This document shows, piece by piece, positions 1-10,977 of a DNA stretch of 64,000 bases. The notes below the pieces were generated by a model that was not told the origin of the DNA, did no database searches, and worked only from the letters and a program-made list of their open reading frames with translations. The position numbers and the translations under genes were made by a program. Source of the stretch: an uncultured Alphaproteobacteria bacterium (GTDB lineage: Bacteria > Pseudomonadota > Alphaproteobacteria > Rhizobiales > Xanthobacteraceae); the NCBI GenBank assembly GCA_963831505.1, contig CAWHQY010000017.1:85014-149013 (forward strand). The letters are read 5' to 3'. Position 1 is the first letter of the stretch, and every line of letters starts with the position of its first letter.

Positions 1-7
1 CAGAGAC

Positions 8-313
8 CTATCCGCCGCCCGCAGCGATTGTCGGGTAAAGATCGTTCCAATTCGGATTATCCTTCTCGATCAACGAAATCTTCCAGCGCCGCGGCCATTT
101 CTTCAGCCGCTTCTCCCGCTTGATCGCATTTTCGGGATCATCGAATTGTTCGAAGTAAACGAGCTTTACGACATCGTACTTCTCGGTGAAGCCTTCGACC
201 AATTTCAGCTCATGCTCACCGACGCGCCGGACGAGATCATTGGTCACGCCAATGTAGAGCGTGCCGCCGATGCGGCTGGCGAGAATGTAACCGAAATAGC
301 TACGCGAGCCCAC
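8..313 (-). CDS. GIY-YIG nuclease family protein (small, YhbQ/UPF0213-like)
   Basis: YILAS...LYIGVTNDLVRRVGEH...YFE...AIKREKRLKKW GIY-YIG signature, 101 aa. Confidence 0.9.
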   Translation of the reverse strand: MGSRSYFGYILASRIGGTLYIGVTNDLVRRVGEHELKLVEGFTEKYDVVKLVYFEQFDDPENAIKREKRLKKWPRRWKISLIEKDNPNWNDLYPTIAAGGG

Positions 314-327
314 TGCTGCCTATGGGA

Positions 328-362
328 TACTGGATCGCCCGGTCAGGCCGGGCGATGACAGC
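328..362. repeat. REP-like palindrome arm (GTCA-ended family)
   Basis: tactggatcgcccggtcaggccgggcgatgacagc; 34/35 identical to the reverse complement of 8442-8476. Confidence 0.85.
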
Positions 363-405
363 AGAAATCGCTGCGATAGCGGAGGTCAATCTGGGCGATT
401 GCTTG

Positions 406-1608
406 TCACTCCCCCGCCTGCAGCTTGCGGAGGGGGAACAGCTCCGGCGTGCCGCCCTTGACGAGCCGCGGCGGCTCGGGCGGCGGGTCCTTGGAGAAAT
501 CCAGCTCCTCGATGCGGCCGGCGCGCTTCTCGATCTTGTCGGCGGAGATCAGGATCTGCCGCACGTCCTCGTTCACGTCGCCAAAATGCTTCTGCAGCTT
601 GAGCACGCGATCGCGCAGGCGGCCGAGATCGTCGCCGAGATGCATCACCTCGTTGCGGATCTGGTCGGCGGCGTCGCGGATGCGCGCGTCTTTCAAGATC
701 TGCTGCATCACCTGGATCGCGAGCATCAAAAGCGACGGCGACACCAGCACGACGCGGGCGCGATAGGCCTTCTGGATCACGTCGTCAAAGCCGTCATGGA
801 TCTCGGCGTAGACCGATTCCGACGGCACGAACATCAGCGCGGTGTCCTGGGTTTCACCGGGAATCAGATACTTCTCGGCAATGTCGAGCACATGCTTCAT
901 CACGTCGTTGCGCAGCCGCTGGCAGGCGTATTTCTTCTCCTCGTCGGTGCGCGCGTCATGCAGCGCCGTCATCGCTTCCAGCGGGAATTTGGCGTCGATG
1001 CAGAGCGGACGCTGGTCGGGCAGGAACACGACGCAATCCGGCCGTTTTCCGGTCGAGAGCGTGTACTGGAATTCGTAGGAGCCGGACGGCATGCCGTCCT
1101 GCACGATCGCCTCCATCCGCGCCTGGCCGAAGGCGCCGCGCGACTGCTTGTTGGCGAGCACGTCGCGCAAGGTCGTCACCTGCGTCGTGAGGTCGGTGAG
1201 GTTCTTGTGGGCGTTGTCGATGATGCCGAGCCGCTCATGGAGCTGACGCAGGCTGTCCATCGTGTTGCGCGTGGTGGTTTCCATCGACTGGCCGACGCGG
1301 TGGGTGACCGAATCGAGCCGCTCGTTGACCGCCCGCGCCATGTCGGCCTGCCGGCCGGCCAGCGCCAGCGCCATGGCGTCCGCGCGGCCGGAGGATTCGG
1401 CCTGCGCGCGCAGCATGTCGTTGAGGCGTTGCTCAAGCTCGTCGGCGCGCGCGGCCTGCGCCATCGCGAACTCGGAACCGCGCCGGCCGGATCGCGCCAC
1501 CACGATCGTGATGGTCAGGAGGAGCAGCAGCGTTGCGATGGCAAAGCCAATCGCGACATCGGTGATGTGGACCGGCCAGTCGCCAATCATGAAGAGAATC
1601 GGGTTCAT
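406..1608 (-). CDS. rmuC: DNA recombination protein RmuC
   Basis: N-terminal TM + coiled coil, KQSRGAFG, RPD...IDAKFP, MFVPSESVY motifs. Confidence 0.93.
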   Translation of the reverse strand: MNPILFMIGDWPVHITDVAIGFAIATLLLLLTITIVVARSGRRGSEFAMAQAARADELEQRLNDMLRAQAESSGRADAMALALAGRQADMARAVNERLDSVTHRVGQSMETTTRNTMDSLRQLHERLGIIDNAHKNLTDLTTQVTTLRDVLANKQSRGAFGQARMEAIVQDGMPSGSYEFQYTLSTGKRPDCVVFLPDQRPLCIDAKFPLEAMTALHDARTDEEKKYACQRLRNDVMKHVLDIAEKYLIPGETQDTALMFVPSESVYAEIHDGFDDVIQKAYRARVVLVSPSLLMLAIQVMQQILKDARIRDAADQIRNEVMHLGDDLGRLRDRVLKLQKHFGDVNEDVRQILISADKIEKRAGRIEELDFSKDPPPEPPRLVKGGTPELFPLRKLQAGE

Positions 1609-1641
1609 GCCGTCCTGTGTAGCCGATTCGCGCTCTTAAGC

Positions 1642-1656
1642 GAACGAAGAGGGAAC
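1642..1656 (-). promoter_or_regulatory. Alphaproteobacterial LexA (SOS) box upstream of rmuC
   Basis: GAAC-gaagagg-GAAC (= GTTC-N7-GTTC on minus strand), about 34 bp upstream of the rmuC start. Confidence 0.7.
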
Positions 1657-1663
1657 ATTTACG

Positions 1664-1727
1664 GTTAATGGCGGCTAAATATTTATGGTTAATGAGGAGC
1701 TGATTTTTATGGTTAGCGCGGGGTTAA
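1664..1727. promoter_or_regulatory. Cluster of CtrA-like boxes in the rmuC/def divergent intergenic region
   Basis: GTTAA-N7-TAAA (1664-1679) and GTTAG-N7-TTAA (1712-1727), each one mismatch from TTAA-N7-TTAAC; ATGGTTAA half-site at 1685-1692. Confidence 0.5.
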
Positions 1728-1779
1728 TGCGTTCCCGTTCGCATTGACCGCGTCAGGTCAGCCCCTTAAATCGCGCACC

Positions 1780-2307
1780 ATGGCCTTACGTGAAATCATC
1801 ATCCTGCCGGACAAGCAGTTGCGTCTCGTCTCCAAGCCGATCGAGAAGGTGACGCCGGAGATCCGGAAACTCGCCGACGACATGTTCGAGACCATGTACG
1901 AAGCGCCGGGCATCGGGCTCGCCGCGATCCAGGTCGCGCAACCCTTGCGGCTGATCACCATGGATCTCGCGCAAAAGAACGAGGACGGCGAGACGGCGCC
2001 GCAGCCACGCGTGTTCATCAATCCCGAGATCATCGCCTCGTCGGAGGAAAAGTCGGTCTATGAGGAAGGCTGCCTCTCCATCCCCGAATATTACGAGGAG
2101 GTCGAGCGGCCGGCGAAGGTGCGCGTGCGCTTTCTGGATCTCGACGGCAAGGTGCATGAGGAGGATGCCGAAGGCCTCTTCGCCACCTGCATCCAGCACG
2201 AGATCGACCATCTCAACGGCGTGCTGTTCATCGACTATCTGTCGAAGCTGAAGCGCGATCGCGTGAACAAGAAGTTTTCCAAGGCCGCCAAGCGCGCGGG
2301 GGAGTGA
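1780..2307 (+). CDS. def: Peptide deformylase
   Basis: [22 protein letters not shown] motifs; start moved to ATG 1780. Confidence 0.97.
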   Translation: MALREIIILPDKQLRLVSKPIEKVTPEIRKLADDMFETMYEAPGIGLAAIQVAQPLRLITMDLAQKNEDGETAPQPRVFINPEIIASSEEKSVYEEGCLSIPEYYEEVERPAKVRVRFLDLDGKVHEEDAEGLFATCIQHEIDHLNGVLFIDYLSKLKRDRVNKKFSKAAKRAGE

Positions 2308-2319
2308 TCGCAATTCCGG

Positions 2320-2341
2320 TCGTCATGCCCGGCCATGACGA
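2320..2341. repeat. Short GTCA-ended palindrome
   Basis: tcgtcatgcccggccatgacga between def and fmt. Confidence 0.55.
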
Positions 2342-2377
2342 GTAAAATAACGCGCCTTCGACGAGGCAGGAATTTAA

Positions 2378-3310
2378 ATGCCCCTCCGCCTGATCTTCAT
2401 GGGTACGCCGGATTTCTCGGTTCCGACGCTGCTGGAACTGGTGGCGCACGGTCACGAAATCGCGGCGGTCTATACCCGCGCGCCAAAACCAGGCGGGCGC
2501 GGCATGAAGCTGCAGGCGACGCCGGTGGAGATCGAGGCGCGGCGGCTCAACATTTCCGTGCGGACGCCAAAGACATTGAAGACGCCGGAAGCGCTGGAGG
2601 AGTTTCGCGCACATGGGGCGGATGCCGCGGTCGTGGTCGCCTATGGCATGATCCTGCCGCAGGCCATTCTGGATGCGCCAAAGCTCGGCTGCTTCAATCT
2701 GCATGCGTCGCTATTGCCGCGCTGGCGCGGGGCTGCGCCGATCAATCGCGCCATCATGGCGGGCGACGCCGAGTTCGGTGTGATGGTGATGAAGATGGAT
2801 GTCGGCCTCGACACCGGCGACGTCGCGATGGCCGAGCGGCTTCCGATCACGGATGCGATGACCGCTTCCGATCTTCATGATGCATTGTCGCGGCTCGGCG
2901 CCGATTTGATGGTGCGGGCGATGGCCGCGCTGGAGCGCGGCGCCCTGCAACTGAAGAAGCAGAGCGAGGCGGGCGTCACCTACGCCGCCAAGATCGAGAA
3001 GGCGGAAGCGCGGATCGACTGGGGCAAGCCTGCGCACGAGGTGCTGCGCCACATTCATGGGCTCTCGCCCTTTCCCGGCGCCTGGAGCGAAATTGCTGAT
3101 GGCGGCGAGGCGACGCGCGTGAAAATCCTGCGCTGCGAACCCGCGAAGGGGTCGGGCGCGCCGGGCGGCGTGCTCGACGATCAGCTCACCATTGCCTGCG
3201 GTGACGGCGCGATCCGCATTGTCGAAATGCAGCGCGCCGGCAAGGCGCCGATGAAGGCGGCGGAGTTTTTGCGCGGAACGCCGCTTAGGCCGCCGGCGCG
3301 GCTCGCCTGA
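2378..3310 (+). CDS. fmt: Methionyl-tRNA formyltransferase
   Basis: [30 protein letters not shown]. Confidence 0.97.
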   Translation: MPLRLIFMGTPDFSVPTLLELVAHGHEIAAVYTRAPKPGGRGMKLQATPVEIEARRLNISVRTPKTLKTPEALEEFRAHGADAAVVVAYGMILPQAILDAPKLGCFNLHASLLPRWRGAAPINRAIMAGDAEFGVMVMKMDVGLDTGDVAMAERLPITDAMTASDLHDALSRLGADLMVRAMAALERGALQLKKQSEAGVTYAAKIEKAEARIDWGKPAHEVLRHIHGLSPFPGAWSEIADGGEATRVKILRCEPAKGSGAPGGVLDDQLTIACGDGAIRIVEMQRAGKAPMKAAEFLRGTPLRPPARLA

Positions 3311-4047
3311 TGCCGCGCTACAAGCTCACCATCGAATATGACGGCGCGCCGTTTGCGGGCTGGCAGCTCCAGCCCGATCATCCGACGGTGCAGGGTGCGC
3401 TGGAAGCCGCCGTCAAGGCGACCTGCGGCGAGGACGTGCGCGTGCACGGCGCGGGCCGCACCGATGCCGGCGTGCATGCGCTGGCTCAGGTCGCGCATTG
3501 CGACATTGCGAAACATTTCACGGCGGGCCGTCTGCGCGACGCCGTGAATGCGCATCTGCGCCCAAATCCGGTCGCCGTGCTGTCGGCGGAAATCGTGCCT
3601 GAGACGTTCGAAGCGCGCTTCTCCGCGATCAAGCGGCATTATGTCTATCGCATCGCCAACACCCGCGCGAACCTCGCGCTCGACGTCGGCCGCGTCTGGC
3701 GCGTGCCCCGCCGCCTCGACGCAGCCGCGATGCATGCGGCCGCGCAGCGCCTGATAGGCAAGCATGATTTCACGACCTTTCGCGATACCGAGTGCCAGGC
3801 CAAATCACCCGAGAAAACGCTCGACCAGCTCGAAGTGATCCGGGAAGGCGACGCGATCCGCATCGTCACCTCGGCGCGCTCGTTCCTGCACAGCCAGGTG
3901 CGCTCGATGGTGGGTTCGCTGGTCTGGGTCGGCGAAGGCCGCTGGAGCGCGAACGATATCGCGTCCGCGCTCGCCGCGCGCAACCGCGCCGCCTGCGGCC
4001 CCGTCGCGCCGCCGGAGGGGCTGTATCTGGTGAAGGTGGATTACTGA
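3310..4047 (+). CDS. truA: tRNA pseudouridine(38-40) synthase
   Basis: [26 protein letters not shown]. Confidence 0.97.
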   Translation: MPRYKLTIEYDGAPFAGWQLQPDHPTVQGALEAAVKATCGEDVRVHGAGRTDAGVHALAQVAHCDIAKHFTAGRLRDAVNAHLRPNPVAVLSAEIVPETFEARFSAIKRHYVYRIANTRANLALDVGRVWRVPRRLDAAAMHAAAQRLIGKHDFTTFRDTECQAKSPEKTLDQLEVIREGDAIRIVTSARSFLHSQVRSMVGSLVWVGEGRWSANDIASALAARNRAACGPVAPPEGLYLVKVDY

Positions 4048-4057
4048 GCCGAGAACT

Positions 4058-4136
4058 CGCAGGGTGGGTTGAGCGCCAGCGAAACCCACCATTCTTTCTG
4101 CGGCGATGGGTTTCGCGATCGCTCAACCCATCCTAC
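4058..4136. repeat. GTAG-type REP doublet
   Basis: cagggtgggttgagcgccagcgaaacccacc ... gatgggtttcgcgatcgctcaacccatcctac inverted arms between convergent genes. Confidence 0.75.
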
Positions 4137-4789
4137 AGCTTGAACACGAGGTGCGTGGCATCGGGCGTCGTCACATGCTCGGTGCGCTTGTAGCCTAAAT
4201 TTACCAGATCGATATCGGCGAACAGGTTTTCACCCGATCCGAGCAGGGTCGGCGCCATTGCCAGGTGCATCTCGTCGACCAGGCGCGCGCGCAGATATTG
4301 CCTGACGGTCGCAACACCGCCGCCCAGGCGGATATCCTTGCCACCGGCAGCTTCTTGTGCACGCTGCAACGCCTGCTCGATGCCGCCGGTGACGAAGCGG
4401 AAAACCGTGCCGCCCTTCATCTCGATCGGCGAGCGCGCATGATGCGTCAGCACGAACACCTCGCAGTGATAGGGCGGCTCGTCGCCCCACCAGCCTTTCC
4501 AGCTCTCGTCCGGCCAGGGTCCCCGCACGGGGCCGAACATGTTCCGGCCCAGGATCCATGCGCCGATGTTCTCGAAGCCGCGCGCGGCGAAATCATCGTC
4601 GGGTCCTGTCGTGCCGCCGTCGTTGCCGGAATGTATCTTCTGAAACGTCCGCGTCGGGAATACCCATCCATGCAGCGCCATGCCGCCGACGCCGAGCGGG
4701 TTGTCGATGTCCTGGTTGGGACCGGCGCCATAGCCGTCGGCCGAGACGCCGAAGCAGCGCACCACAAGCTTGCTTGAAGAATTACTCAC
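4133..4789 (-). CDS. Dihydrofolate reductase / RibD C-terminal family protein
   Basis: VSADGYGAGP, ILGRNMFG, GGVATVRQYL, DEMHLA..P.LLGSG. Confidence 0.88.
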   Translation of the reverse strand: MSNSSSKLVVRCFGVSADGYGAGPNQDIDNPLGVGGMALHGWVFPTRTFQKIHSGNDGGTTGPDDDFAARGFENIGAWILGRNMFGPVRGPWPDESWKGWWGDEPPYHCEVFVLTHHARSPIEMKGGTVFRFVTGGIEQALQRAQEAAGGKDIRLGGGVATVRQYLRARLVDEMHLAMAPTLLGSGENLFADIDLVNLGYKRTEHVTTPDATHLVFKL

Positions 4790-4795
4790 GCCACG

Positions 4796-5950
4796 TCACC
4801 CAAAATAACGATCCAGAATGCCCCGATAGACTTTCGTGAGCTGCTCGATGTCCTTCACCGACGCGCGTTCGTCGACCTGGTGCATGGTCTGGCCGAGCAG
4901 GCCGAATTCGATCACCGGGCAATAGCTCGCGATGAAGCGCGCGTCCGACGTGCCGCCGGTGGTCGATAGCTCGGGCTTGCGGCCGGTCACTTCCTCGATC
5001 GCGGCGACCGCAAGATCGGTGAAGGCGCCGGGCCTGGTCAGGAACACGTTCGAGTTCGACGGCTCCCACACGATCCGCGCCTTGATGCGGTTGCCGGCGG
5101 CTTTTGCGAGCCGTGTCTCGACCAGTTCGCGCAAGGAGGCCTGCGTGTGGAGATCGTTGTAGCGGATGTTGAAGGTCGCGCGCGCCTGGCCGGGAATGAC
5201 GTTGAAGGCGCCATTGCCGACATCGACGGAAACGAATTCGAGGTTCGAGGCCTGGAATTGCGCGCTGCCCTGGTCGAGCGGCTCGTCGCTGATCGCCACG
5301 ATCAGCCGCGAAATATCCGGCACCGGATTGGAAGCGCGGTGCGGATAGGCGACATGGCCCTGCACGCCGTCGACATAGAGCGTGCCGGATTGCGAGCCGC
5401 GCCGGCCGATCTTGATGCAGTCGCCCATCATCTGCTGGTTGGAGGGCTCGCCCAGCACGCAGTGATCGAATTTCTCGCCGCGCTCGGCGACCCATTTCAA
5501 CAGCTTCACCGTGCCGTTGATGGAAGCCGCTTCCTCGTCGCCGGTGATCAGGAACGAGATCGAGCCTTTGGCCTTGCCGCCGTGGTCGGCGAGATATTGC
5601 AGGACGGCGGCGACGCTGCAGGCGATGCCGCCCTTCATGTCGACCGCGCCGCGGCCATGGAGAAAGCCGTCCTTCACCTCGCCGGAAAACGCGCCGTGGC
5701 TCCACGCGCTCTCGTCGCCGGCCGGTACGACGTCGGTGTGGCCGGCAAAGGTGATGTGCGGCGCGGCGCTGCCGAGGCGCGCATAGAGATTGTCGACGTC
5801 AGGAGTGCCGGCTTCCGAGAACGTGACGCGGTGCGTCTCAAAACCGTGGGCCTTGAGCAGGTTTTCCAGCACGCCGAGCGCGCCGGCGTCGGCGGGCGTT
5901 ACGGAAGGGCAGCGGATGAGGGCTTGGGCAATCGAGAGGGCATCATTCAT
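4796..5950 (-). CDS. dapE: Succinyl-diaminopimelate desuccinylase
   Basis: [34 protein letters not shown]. Confidence 0.96.
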   Translation of the reverse strand: MNDALSIAQALIRCPSVTPADAGALGVLENLLKAHGFETHRVTFSEAGTPDVDNLYARLGSAAPHITFAGHTDVVPAGDESAWSHGAFSGEVKDGFLHGRGAVDMKGGIACSVAAVLQYLADHGGKAKGSISFLITGDEEAASINGTVKLLKWVAERGEKFDHCVLGEPSNQQMMGDCIKIGRRGSQSGTLYVDGVQGHVAYPHRASNPVPDISRLIVAISDEPLDQGSAQFQASNLEFVSVDVGNGAFNVIPGQARATFNIRYNDLHTQASLRELVETRLAKAAGNRIKARIVWEPSNSNVFLTRPGAFTDLAVAAIEEVTGRKPELSTTGGTSDARFIASYCPVIEFGLLGQTMHQVDERASVKDIEQLTKVYRGILDRYFG

Positions 5951-6612
5951 GACCCCCGATTAACATGCATGCCGGGCGGCGGGCTAGCTCTGTGGGGGGC
6001 GAGTTCGACCTCGCGCTGCTGGTCCCAGGCAGGCCCGCTCGAGCCCAATCCGCTCCTGCGAAGCCGCGCGTCCTCGTCCTCGGCCAGCGGGTCGGGGCCG
6101 AAGCGGTTGATCCGGCGTGTGCCCCTGAGGAAGCCCAGTTCGATAAAGCCCCAGATGCAGAGGATGAAGAGGGCGAGACCGATCAGGAAGGAGAAGATCG
6201 AGTTGCCGAGCCATTCCTGAATGTTGCAGGAGAAGTTGGGCAGGACAAAGAAGGGCACAATCCACCAGCCGCTCCTGTCCCGGTCGTGCAGCCGCTTCAC
6301 CGATGTCGCGAGACAAATCCACATGAAGACCGTGATGCCGAAGAGATTCCCGGCCAGAGAGACGATCTCACGTGACGAAAGCGACAGGTGAGATGCGCGA
6401 CCGAGCAAGGTGACGATCTCATTGATCCCGAAGCTGACGTTGATGGTGTCCTGGCCATGCGGGGCACGTGTCGCCAGCAGCGCGGTGATCATGACCAGCC
6501 ACATGATCCACATGATAAGGAGCATCCATCCCACGAGGATGGGAAACGACAGCCAGTATTTGGCCCGGTTGATGCGGCCCTCGAAAGAGAAGAGATACCA
6601 ATTCCAGTCCAT
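5947..6612 (-). CDS. DUF805 membrane protein
   Basis: [32 protein letters not shown]. Confidence 0.88.
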   Translation of the reverse strand: MDWNWYLFSFEGRINRAKYWLSFPILVGWMLLIMWIMWLVMITALLATRAPHGQDTINVSFGINEIVTLLGRASHLSLSSREIVSLAGNLFGITVFMWICLATSVKRLHDRDRSGWWIVPFFVLPNFSCNIQEWLGNSIFSFLIGLALFILCIWGFIELGFLRGTRRINRFGPDPLAEDEDARLRRSGLGSSGPAWDQQREVELAPHRASPPPGMHVNRGS

Positions 6613-6680
6613 GCGGCCGCCTCCGGAGGGCGGTGCGGTCCGCGCTCCGGATCATTGGTCGGGCTTGGCGAGGCCCGGGT

Positions 6681-7526
6681 TCAGTCCCGCAGCAGCTCGT
6701 TGATGCTGGTCTTGGAGCGCGTGCGCTCGTCCACGCGCTTCATGATGACGGCGCAGGCGGTGGACGGGCCGGGCTGGCCGTTTTTCAGCGGCCTTCCGGG
6801 CAGGGCGCCCGGCACCACCACGGAATATTCCGGCACCTCGCCGACAAAGACCTGGCCGGTCTCGCGGTCGACGATCTTGGTGGAGGCGCCCAGAAACACG
6901 CCCATCGCCAGCACCGCGCCCTTGCGCACGATCACGCCCTCGGCGACCTCGCTGCGGGCGCCGATGAAGCAGTCGTCCTCGACGATCACGGGCTCGGCCT
7001 GCAGCGGCTCCAGCACGCCGCCGATGCCCACCCCGCCGGAAATGTGCACGCGCTTGCCGATCTGGGCGCAGGAGCCGACCGTCGACCAGGTGTCGATCAT
7101 GGTCGATTCATCGACATAGGCGCCGAGATTGACGAAGGACGGCATCAGCACGACGTTCTTGGCGATGAAGGCCGAGCGGCGCACGATGGCGCCGGGCACC
7201 GCGCGAAAACCCGCGTCGCGGAAACGGTTCTCGCCCCAGCCTTCGAATTTCGACGGCACCTTGTCCCACCAATTGGCCTTGCCGGGGCCGCCTGCGATCG
7301 TGCTCATGTCGTTGAGGCGGAAGGAGAGCAGCACGGCCTTCTTCAGCCATTGATGCACTTTCCATTTGCCGCTGGCCTCGCGCTCGGCAACGCGCGCCTC
7401 GCCCTTGTCCATCAGATCAAGCGCATGATCGACGGCCTCGCGCACCTCGCCCTTGGTCGAAGTCGAGATGCCGTCGCGCGCCTCGAAGGCGTTGTTGATG
7501 GTGGATTCGAGCTGGGCTGCGGACAT
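6681..7526 (-). CDS. dapD: Tetrahydrodipicolinate N-succinyltransferase
   Basis: [18 protein letters not shown], hexapeptide repeats, [11 protein letters not shown]. Confidence 0.97.
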   Translation of the reverse strand: MSAAQLESTINNAFEARDGISTSTKGEVREAVDHALDLMDKGEARVAEREASGKWKVHQWLKKAVLLSFRLNDMSTIAGGPGKANWWDKVPSKFEGWGENRFRDAGFRAVPGAIVRRSAFIAKNVVLMPSFVNLGAYVDESTMIDTWSTVGSCAQIGKRVHISGGVGIGGVLEPLQAEPVIVEDDCFIGARSEVAEGVIVRKGAVLAMGVFLGASTKIVDRETGQVFVGEVPEYSVVVPGALPGRPLKNGQPGPSTACAVIMKRVDERTRSKTSINELLRD

Positions 7527-7624
7527 CGGGATTTCCTTCGGACGTATTTTGCGGCGGCGAGGGAGGCTTTTTCGGGATTTGAGGGGTGAGAGTCAAGGCG
7601 CACTCAGCCGTCATCCAGGCCCCG

Positions 7625-7717
7625 TCGTCATTGCCGGGTGACCCGGCAATCCATCGCGCTTCGACAGAGCCGAGGCTCGGAGTGTACTGGATACCCCGCT
7701 TTCGCGGGGTATGACGG
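7625..7717. repeat. GTCA-ended REP doublet
   Basis: cgtcattgccgggtgacccggcaatcca ... tactggataccccgctttcgcggggtatgacgg. Confidence 0.75.
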
Positions 7718-7736
7718 CGAGCATCGGCACCGGTGT

Positions 7737-8429
7737 CTACCGCCCGACCAATTCCTGCAAAAACCCGGTCAGATCGTCCGTGACATGATCGACATGGCCG
7801 GCGTCGCGGCCTTCCAGCTCCCAGTCCTCGCGCACCACTTCCTTGGAGCCGTCGGGCACGACCAGCACCGTGGTCATGCCGAGCTGGTGCGGCACCACGA
7901 GATTGCGGGCGAGGTCCTCGAACATCGCCGCTCTTTTCGGATCGACGGCGTGGTCGCGCAGAAATTTCTGATAGGTCTGCGGCGCCGGCTTCGGCTCTAG
8001 CTCGGCGGCGATGATATCGAACACGGCGTCGAAATGTCCGATGAGGCCGAGCCGGTCCAGCACCGCGTCGACATGATCGACCGAGCCGTTGGTCAGGATC
8101 AGCTTGCGGCCGGGCAGTTTTTCGATCGCTTCACCCATCGCCGGATTGGGCTCCAGCGGCGAGTGGTCGATCTTGTGCACATAGGCGAGGTAATCGTCGG
8201 CGCGCACGCCGTGCTCGGTCATCATGCCGCGCATGGTGGTGCCGTAGCGGCGGTAATAGTCCTTCTGGATAGCCCGCGCTTCCTCGGGCGAAATCTTCAG
8301 CCATGCCGAGACGAACTCGCTGATCCGCGTATCGACCTGTTGCCACAGATTGACGTGATGCGGGTAGAGCGTGTTGTCGAGGTCGAACACCCAGGTGTCG
8401 ACATGGGTGAAGGCGCGGGTTGATGTCAT
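7737..8429 (-). CDS. Pyrimidine 5'-nucleotidase (HAD family)
   Basis: WVFDLDNTLY, TNG, KP, FEDLARNL; the longer ORF to 8498 runs through a REP and is not used. Confidence 0.9.
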   Translation of the reverse strand: MTSTRAFTHVDTWVFDLDNTLYPHHVNLWQQVDTRISEFVSAWLKISPEEARAIQKDYYRRYGTTMRGMMTEHGVRADDYLAYVHKIDHSPLEPNPAMGEAIEKLPGRKLILTNGSVDHVDAVLDRLGLIGHFDAVFDIIAAELEPKPAPQTYQKFLRDHAVDPKRAAMFEDLARNLVVPHQLGMTTVLVVPDGSKEVVREDWELEGRDAGHVDHVTDDLTGFLQELVGR

Positions 8430-8441
8430 CTTCATTTTCTC

Positions 8442-8547
8442 GCTGTCATCGCCCGGCTTGACCGGGCGATCCAGTACGCCGCGGCCCGTCGATTCCAAAA
8501 TCGATGTCTCTGGAATACTGGATCACCCGCTTTCGCGGCTGATGAAA
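8442..8547. repeat. GTCA-ended REP doublet (same family as 328-362)
   Basis: gctgtcatcgcccggcttgaccgggcgatccagta ... tactggatcacccgctttcgcggctgatga. Confidence 0.85.
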
Positions 8548-8564
8548 GTCGTATTCGTGGCCCA

Positions 8565-9632
8565 TCACGGCATCGCAAAGCGCAGCGTCTTGCCGCCGGC
8601 GGAGAGGTCGACGGCCGCAAACCCCGTCGCGGCAAAGCCGCGGCTTTGACAATCGCCCTGCTCGTTGGTTTCGAACTTGTTCTCGCGGGTGCAAAGCGGC
8701 GTGGTGCCGCCCCAGTTCAAGGGCTTGTCCTTGAGCTTGACGGTGCGGTTCTCGGCGTCGACGGCCTCCGCGAAGCTGAACACCTGCTTTGGCTGGCCGG
8801 TGACATCGGGGTGCAGGCATTTGCCGGGCTCGATCCGGTACCAGCCGCGGCTGACGACCGACTTGCCGTCGTCGGTCGCCACCGCCGCCATGATCTTGTG
8901 CGGCGTGTCGTTGCACCAGGTGAGCCCGGTCGCGGACGGTGACTGCACGGCGTCGATCATGGCGGTGAAGAAATTAGGTGACTGCAGCACGTCGGAGGCG
9001 AGGCCGCGGCTTTTCAGAAACGCGGCGAGCGCTGCTTGCGTCTTCGGCCCGTCGACGCCGTCGATCGGAGCTGCATCATAGCCCGCGATCACGAGCAGCC
9101 GCTGGATCCCCGCGAGCCGCGCCTGTTCGTCGTCATATTCACTGTCCTCGGCGAGATAGGCGACGAGATTGCCGTCGTCGTTCTGGGTTGGCGCGATCTG
9201 GGTAAATTGCGCCGGCGCCTGCCCGCTGCGGCACTGGCGTGCCGCGGCGATGACGAAATTGCCCGGCGCGACGCAGAGCGTGTCGCGGCCGTTCTGCGGA
9301 ATCGGGGAGGCGCCATAGACGGGCAGCGCGCGAGCATTGAGCAAAATGCGGTCGGCATGCAGCGTGCCCTGCACGACCACGCGGCAGGTGGCGGGATCGA
9401 TCCGGAACCAGCCGCGGGTCGCGGTCGCCGCCTTGTCGTCGATGCCGATCGCCGCCTCGACCACATAGCTCATGCGGTTGCAGAGTTTCAGGTCCGCGAA
9501 GGCCGGCAACGAGGACACCAGCAACGAAATGGCCGCGGCCGGAAGTGCCAGCAACGTTCGCTCCCCATATTGCCGCATCCTTGCGCTGAAGCGGCGCGGC
9601 AGCATTGCGGTCGGGGAAGTCGCCTGGGTCAC
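8565..9632 (-). CDS. DUF1036 domain protein with peptidoglycan-binding domain
   Basis: Two CN...A.G....RGW..I.P..C repeats flanking IQRLL..AGY...IDGVDGPKT; signal peptide. Confidence 0.8.
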   Translation of the reverse strand: MTQATSPTAMLPRRFSARMRQYGERTLLALPAAAISLLVSSLPAFADLKLCNRMSYVVEAAIGIDDKAATATRGWFRIDPATCRVVVQGTLHADRILLNARALPVYGASPIPQNGRDTLCVAPGNFVIAAARQCRSGQAPAQFTQIAPTQNDDGNLVAYLAEDSEYDDEQARLAGIQRLLVIAGYDAAPIDGVDGPKTQAALAAFLKSRGLASDVLQSPNFFTAMIDAVQSPSATGLTWCNDTPHKIMAAVATDDGKSVVSRGWYRIEPGKCLHPDVTGQPKQVFSFAEAVDAENRTVKLKDKPLNWGGTTPLCTRENKFETNEQGDCQSRGFAATGFAAVDLSAGGKTLRFAMP

Positions 9633-10516
9633 TTGTGGATCAGCGTGCCGGTGCCCTGATTCGTGAATAGCTCCAGCAATACCGCATGCTGCATCTTGCC
9701 GTCGATGATGACGACGCCCTGCACGCCCTGTTCCAGCGCATAGATGCAGGTCTCGACCTTCGGGATCATGCCCCCGGAAATGGTGCCGTCGGCGATCAAT
9801 TTGCGCGCGTCCTTCACCGAGAGCTCCGGAATGAGCTTCTTCGACTTGTCGAGCACGCCGGGCACGTCGGTGAGCAGCAGCAGGCGCTTCGCCTTCAGGG
9901 CGCCGGCGATCGCACCGGCAAAGGTGTCGGCGTTGACGTTCAGCGTCTGGCCGTTCTGCGAGGTCGCCAGCGGCGCCAGCACCGGGATCAGCTCATAGCC
10001 GATCAGCTGGTTCAACAGCGTAAGGTCGACCTTTTCGGGATCGCCGACGAAGCCGAGGTCGATCGCCTTCTCGATGTTGGAACCGGGGTCGACCATGGTG
10101 CGCGTCGTCTTCGACGCCTTCACCATGTTGGCGTCCTTGCCTGAGAGTCCGACGGCCTTGCCGCCGGCCTCGTTGATGTAGCCGACGATCTGCTTGTTGA
10201 CCGAGCCGGCCAGCACCATCTCGACGATCTCGATGGTCGCCGCATCGGTGATGCGGAGGCCGGCCGCGAATTCCGACTGGATGCCGAGCCGCTTCAGCAT
10301 CGCCGCGATCTGCGGCCCGCCGCCATGCACGACCACCGGATTGATTGCGGTCTGCTCCAGGAGCACGATGTCGCGCGCAAAGGCTTTTGCGGTGTCCTCC
10401 GCGCCCATGGCGTGGCCGCCATATTTGATGACGATGGTTTCCTCGTCATATTGCTGCATATGCGGCAGCGCCTCGGACAGGATGCGGGCCTGATCGAGCG
10501 GGCTGATTTCGGTCAT
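9629..10516 (-). CDS. argB: Acetylglutamate kinase
   Basis: [29 protein letters not shown]. Confidence 0.97.
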   Translation of the reverse strand: MTEISPLDQARILSEALPHMQQYDEETIVIKYGGHAMGAEDTAKAFARDIVLLEQTAINPVVVHGGGPQIAAMLKRLGIQSEFAAGLRITDAATIEIVEMVLAGSVNKQIVGYINEAGGKAVGLSGKDANMVKASKTTRTMVDPGSNIEKAIDLGFVGDPEKVDLTLLNQLIGYELIPVLAPLATSQNGQTLNVNADTFAGAIAGALKAKRLLLLTDVPGVLDKSKKLIPELSVKDARKLIADGTISGGMIPKVETCIYALEQGVQGVVIIDGKMQHAVLLELFTNQGTGTLIHK

Positions 10517-10602
10517 GAGGCGGGTCTCTGTGTCGGCGGGTCGGGGCGGGTTCTATCCGATTGCCGCCCCGCGCGCAAAGCGCCTGTTTCCTTGCCGGAC
10601 CG

Positions 10603-10977
10603 TCACATTTTGCGCGGCCACGCAGCCGAAAGCGCGAGCGCCAGCCAGCTCACGATCAACAGCGTGCCGCCGGTCGGCGCGGCCATCGGAAACAGGCCGT
10701 GCCCGGCATATTGCCGGAGCGTCAGATCGCCCGCGAAAAGGGCGGCCGCCACGACGAAGCCGAAAGCGGCCGCAAGACCGATGCGCGCCTGGAGCAGGCC
10801 GCGCTCGGCGAGCGCCACCGCACCCAGCACGGCGCAGGCATGGAACAGCAGCATGGAGGAGGCCGGAGCCAACCGCGCGGCATCGGCGAGATGTGCTGAC
10901 GCCGCCGCCAGCATGACGCCGGCGGCGCCCATCAGGCCGGCGAGGGCGGCCAGGATGCGATGGGCTCTGGCCATCAA
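10603..10977 (-). CDS. DUF423 membrane protein
   Basis: AASAH, LFH, LF.GDL, APTGG..LI.SW. Confidence 0.8.
   Translation of the reverse strand: MMARAHRILAALAGLMGAAGVMLAAASAHLADAARLAPASSMLLFHACAVLGAVALAERGLLQARIGLAAAFGFVVAAALFAGDLTLRQYAGHGLFPMAAPTGGTLLIVSWLALALSAAWPRKM

Noticed and set aside
322-1668. Long antisense ORFs (e.g. 322-1668, 14611-16125, 11665-12747, 60805-61749)
   Set aside because: Shadow frames of real high-GC genes on the opposite strand; no recognisable motifs.
8430-8498. N-terminal extensions of the nucleotidase (and of engB, 11625-11774)
   Set aside because: They are translations of REP palindromes, not conserved protein sequence.
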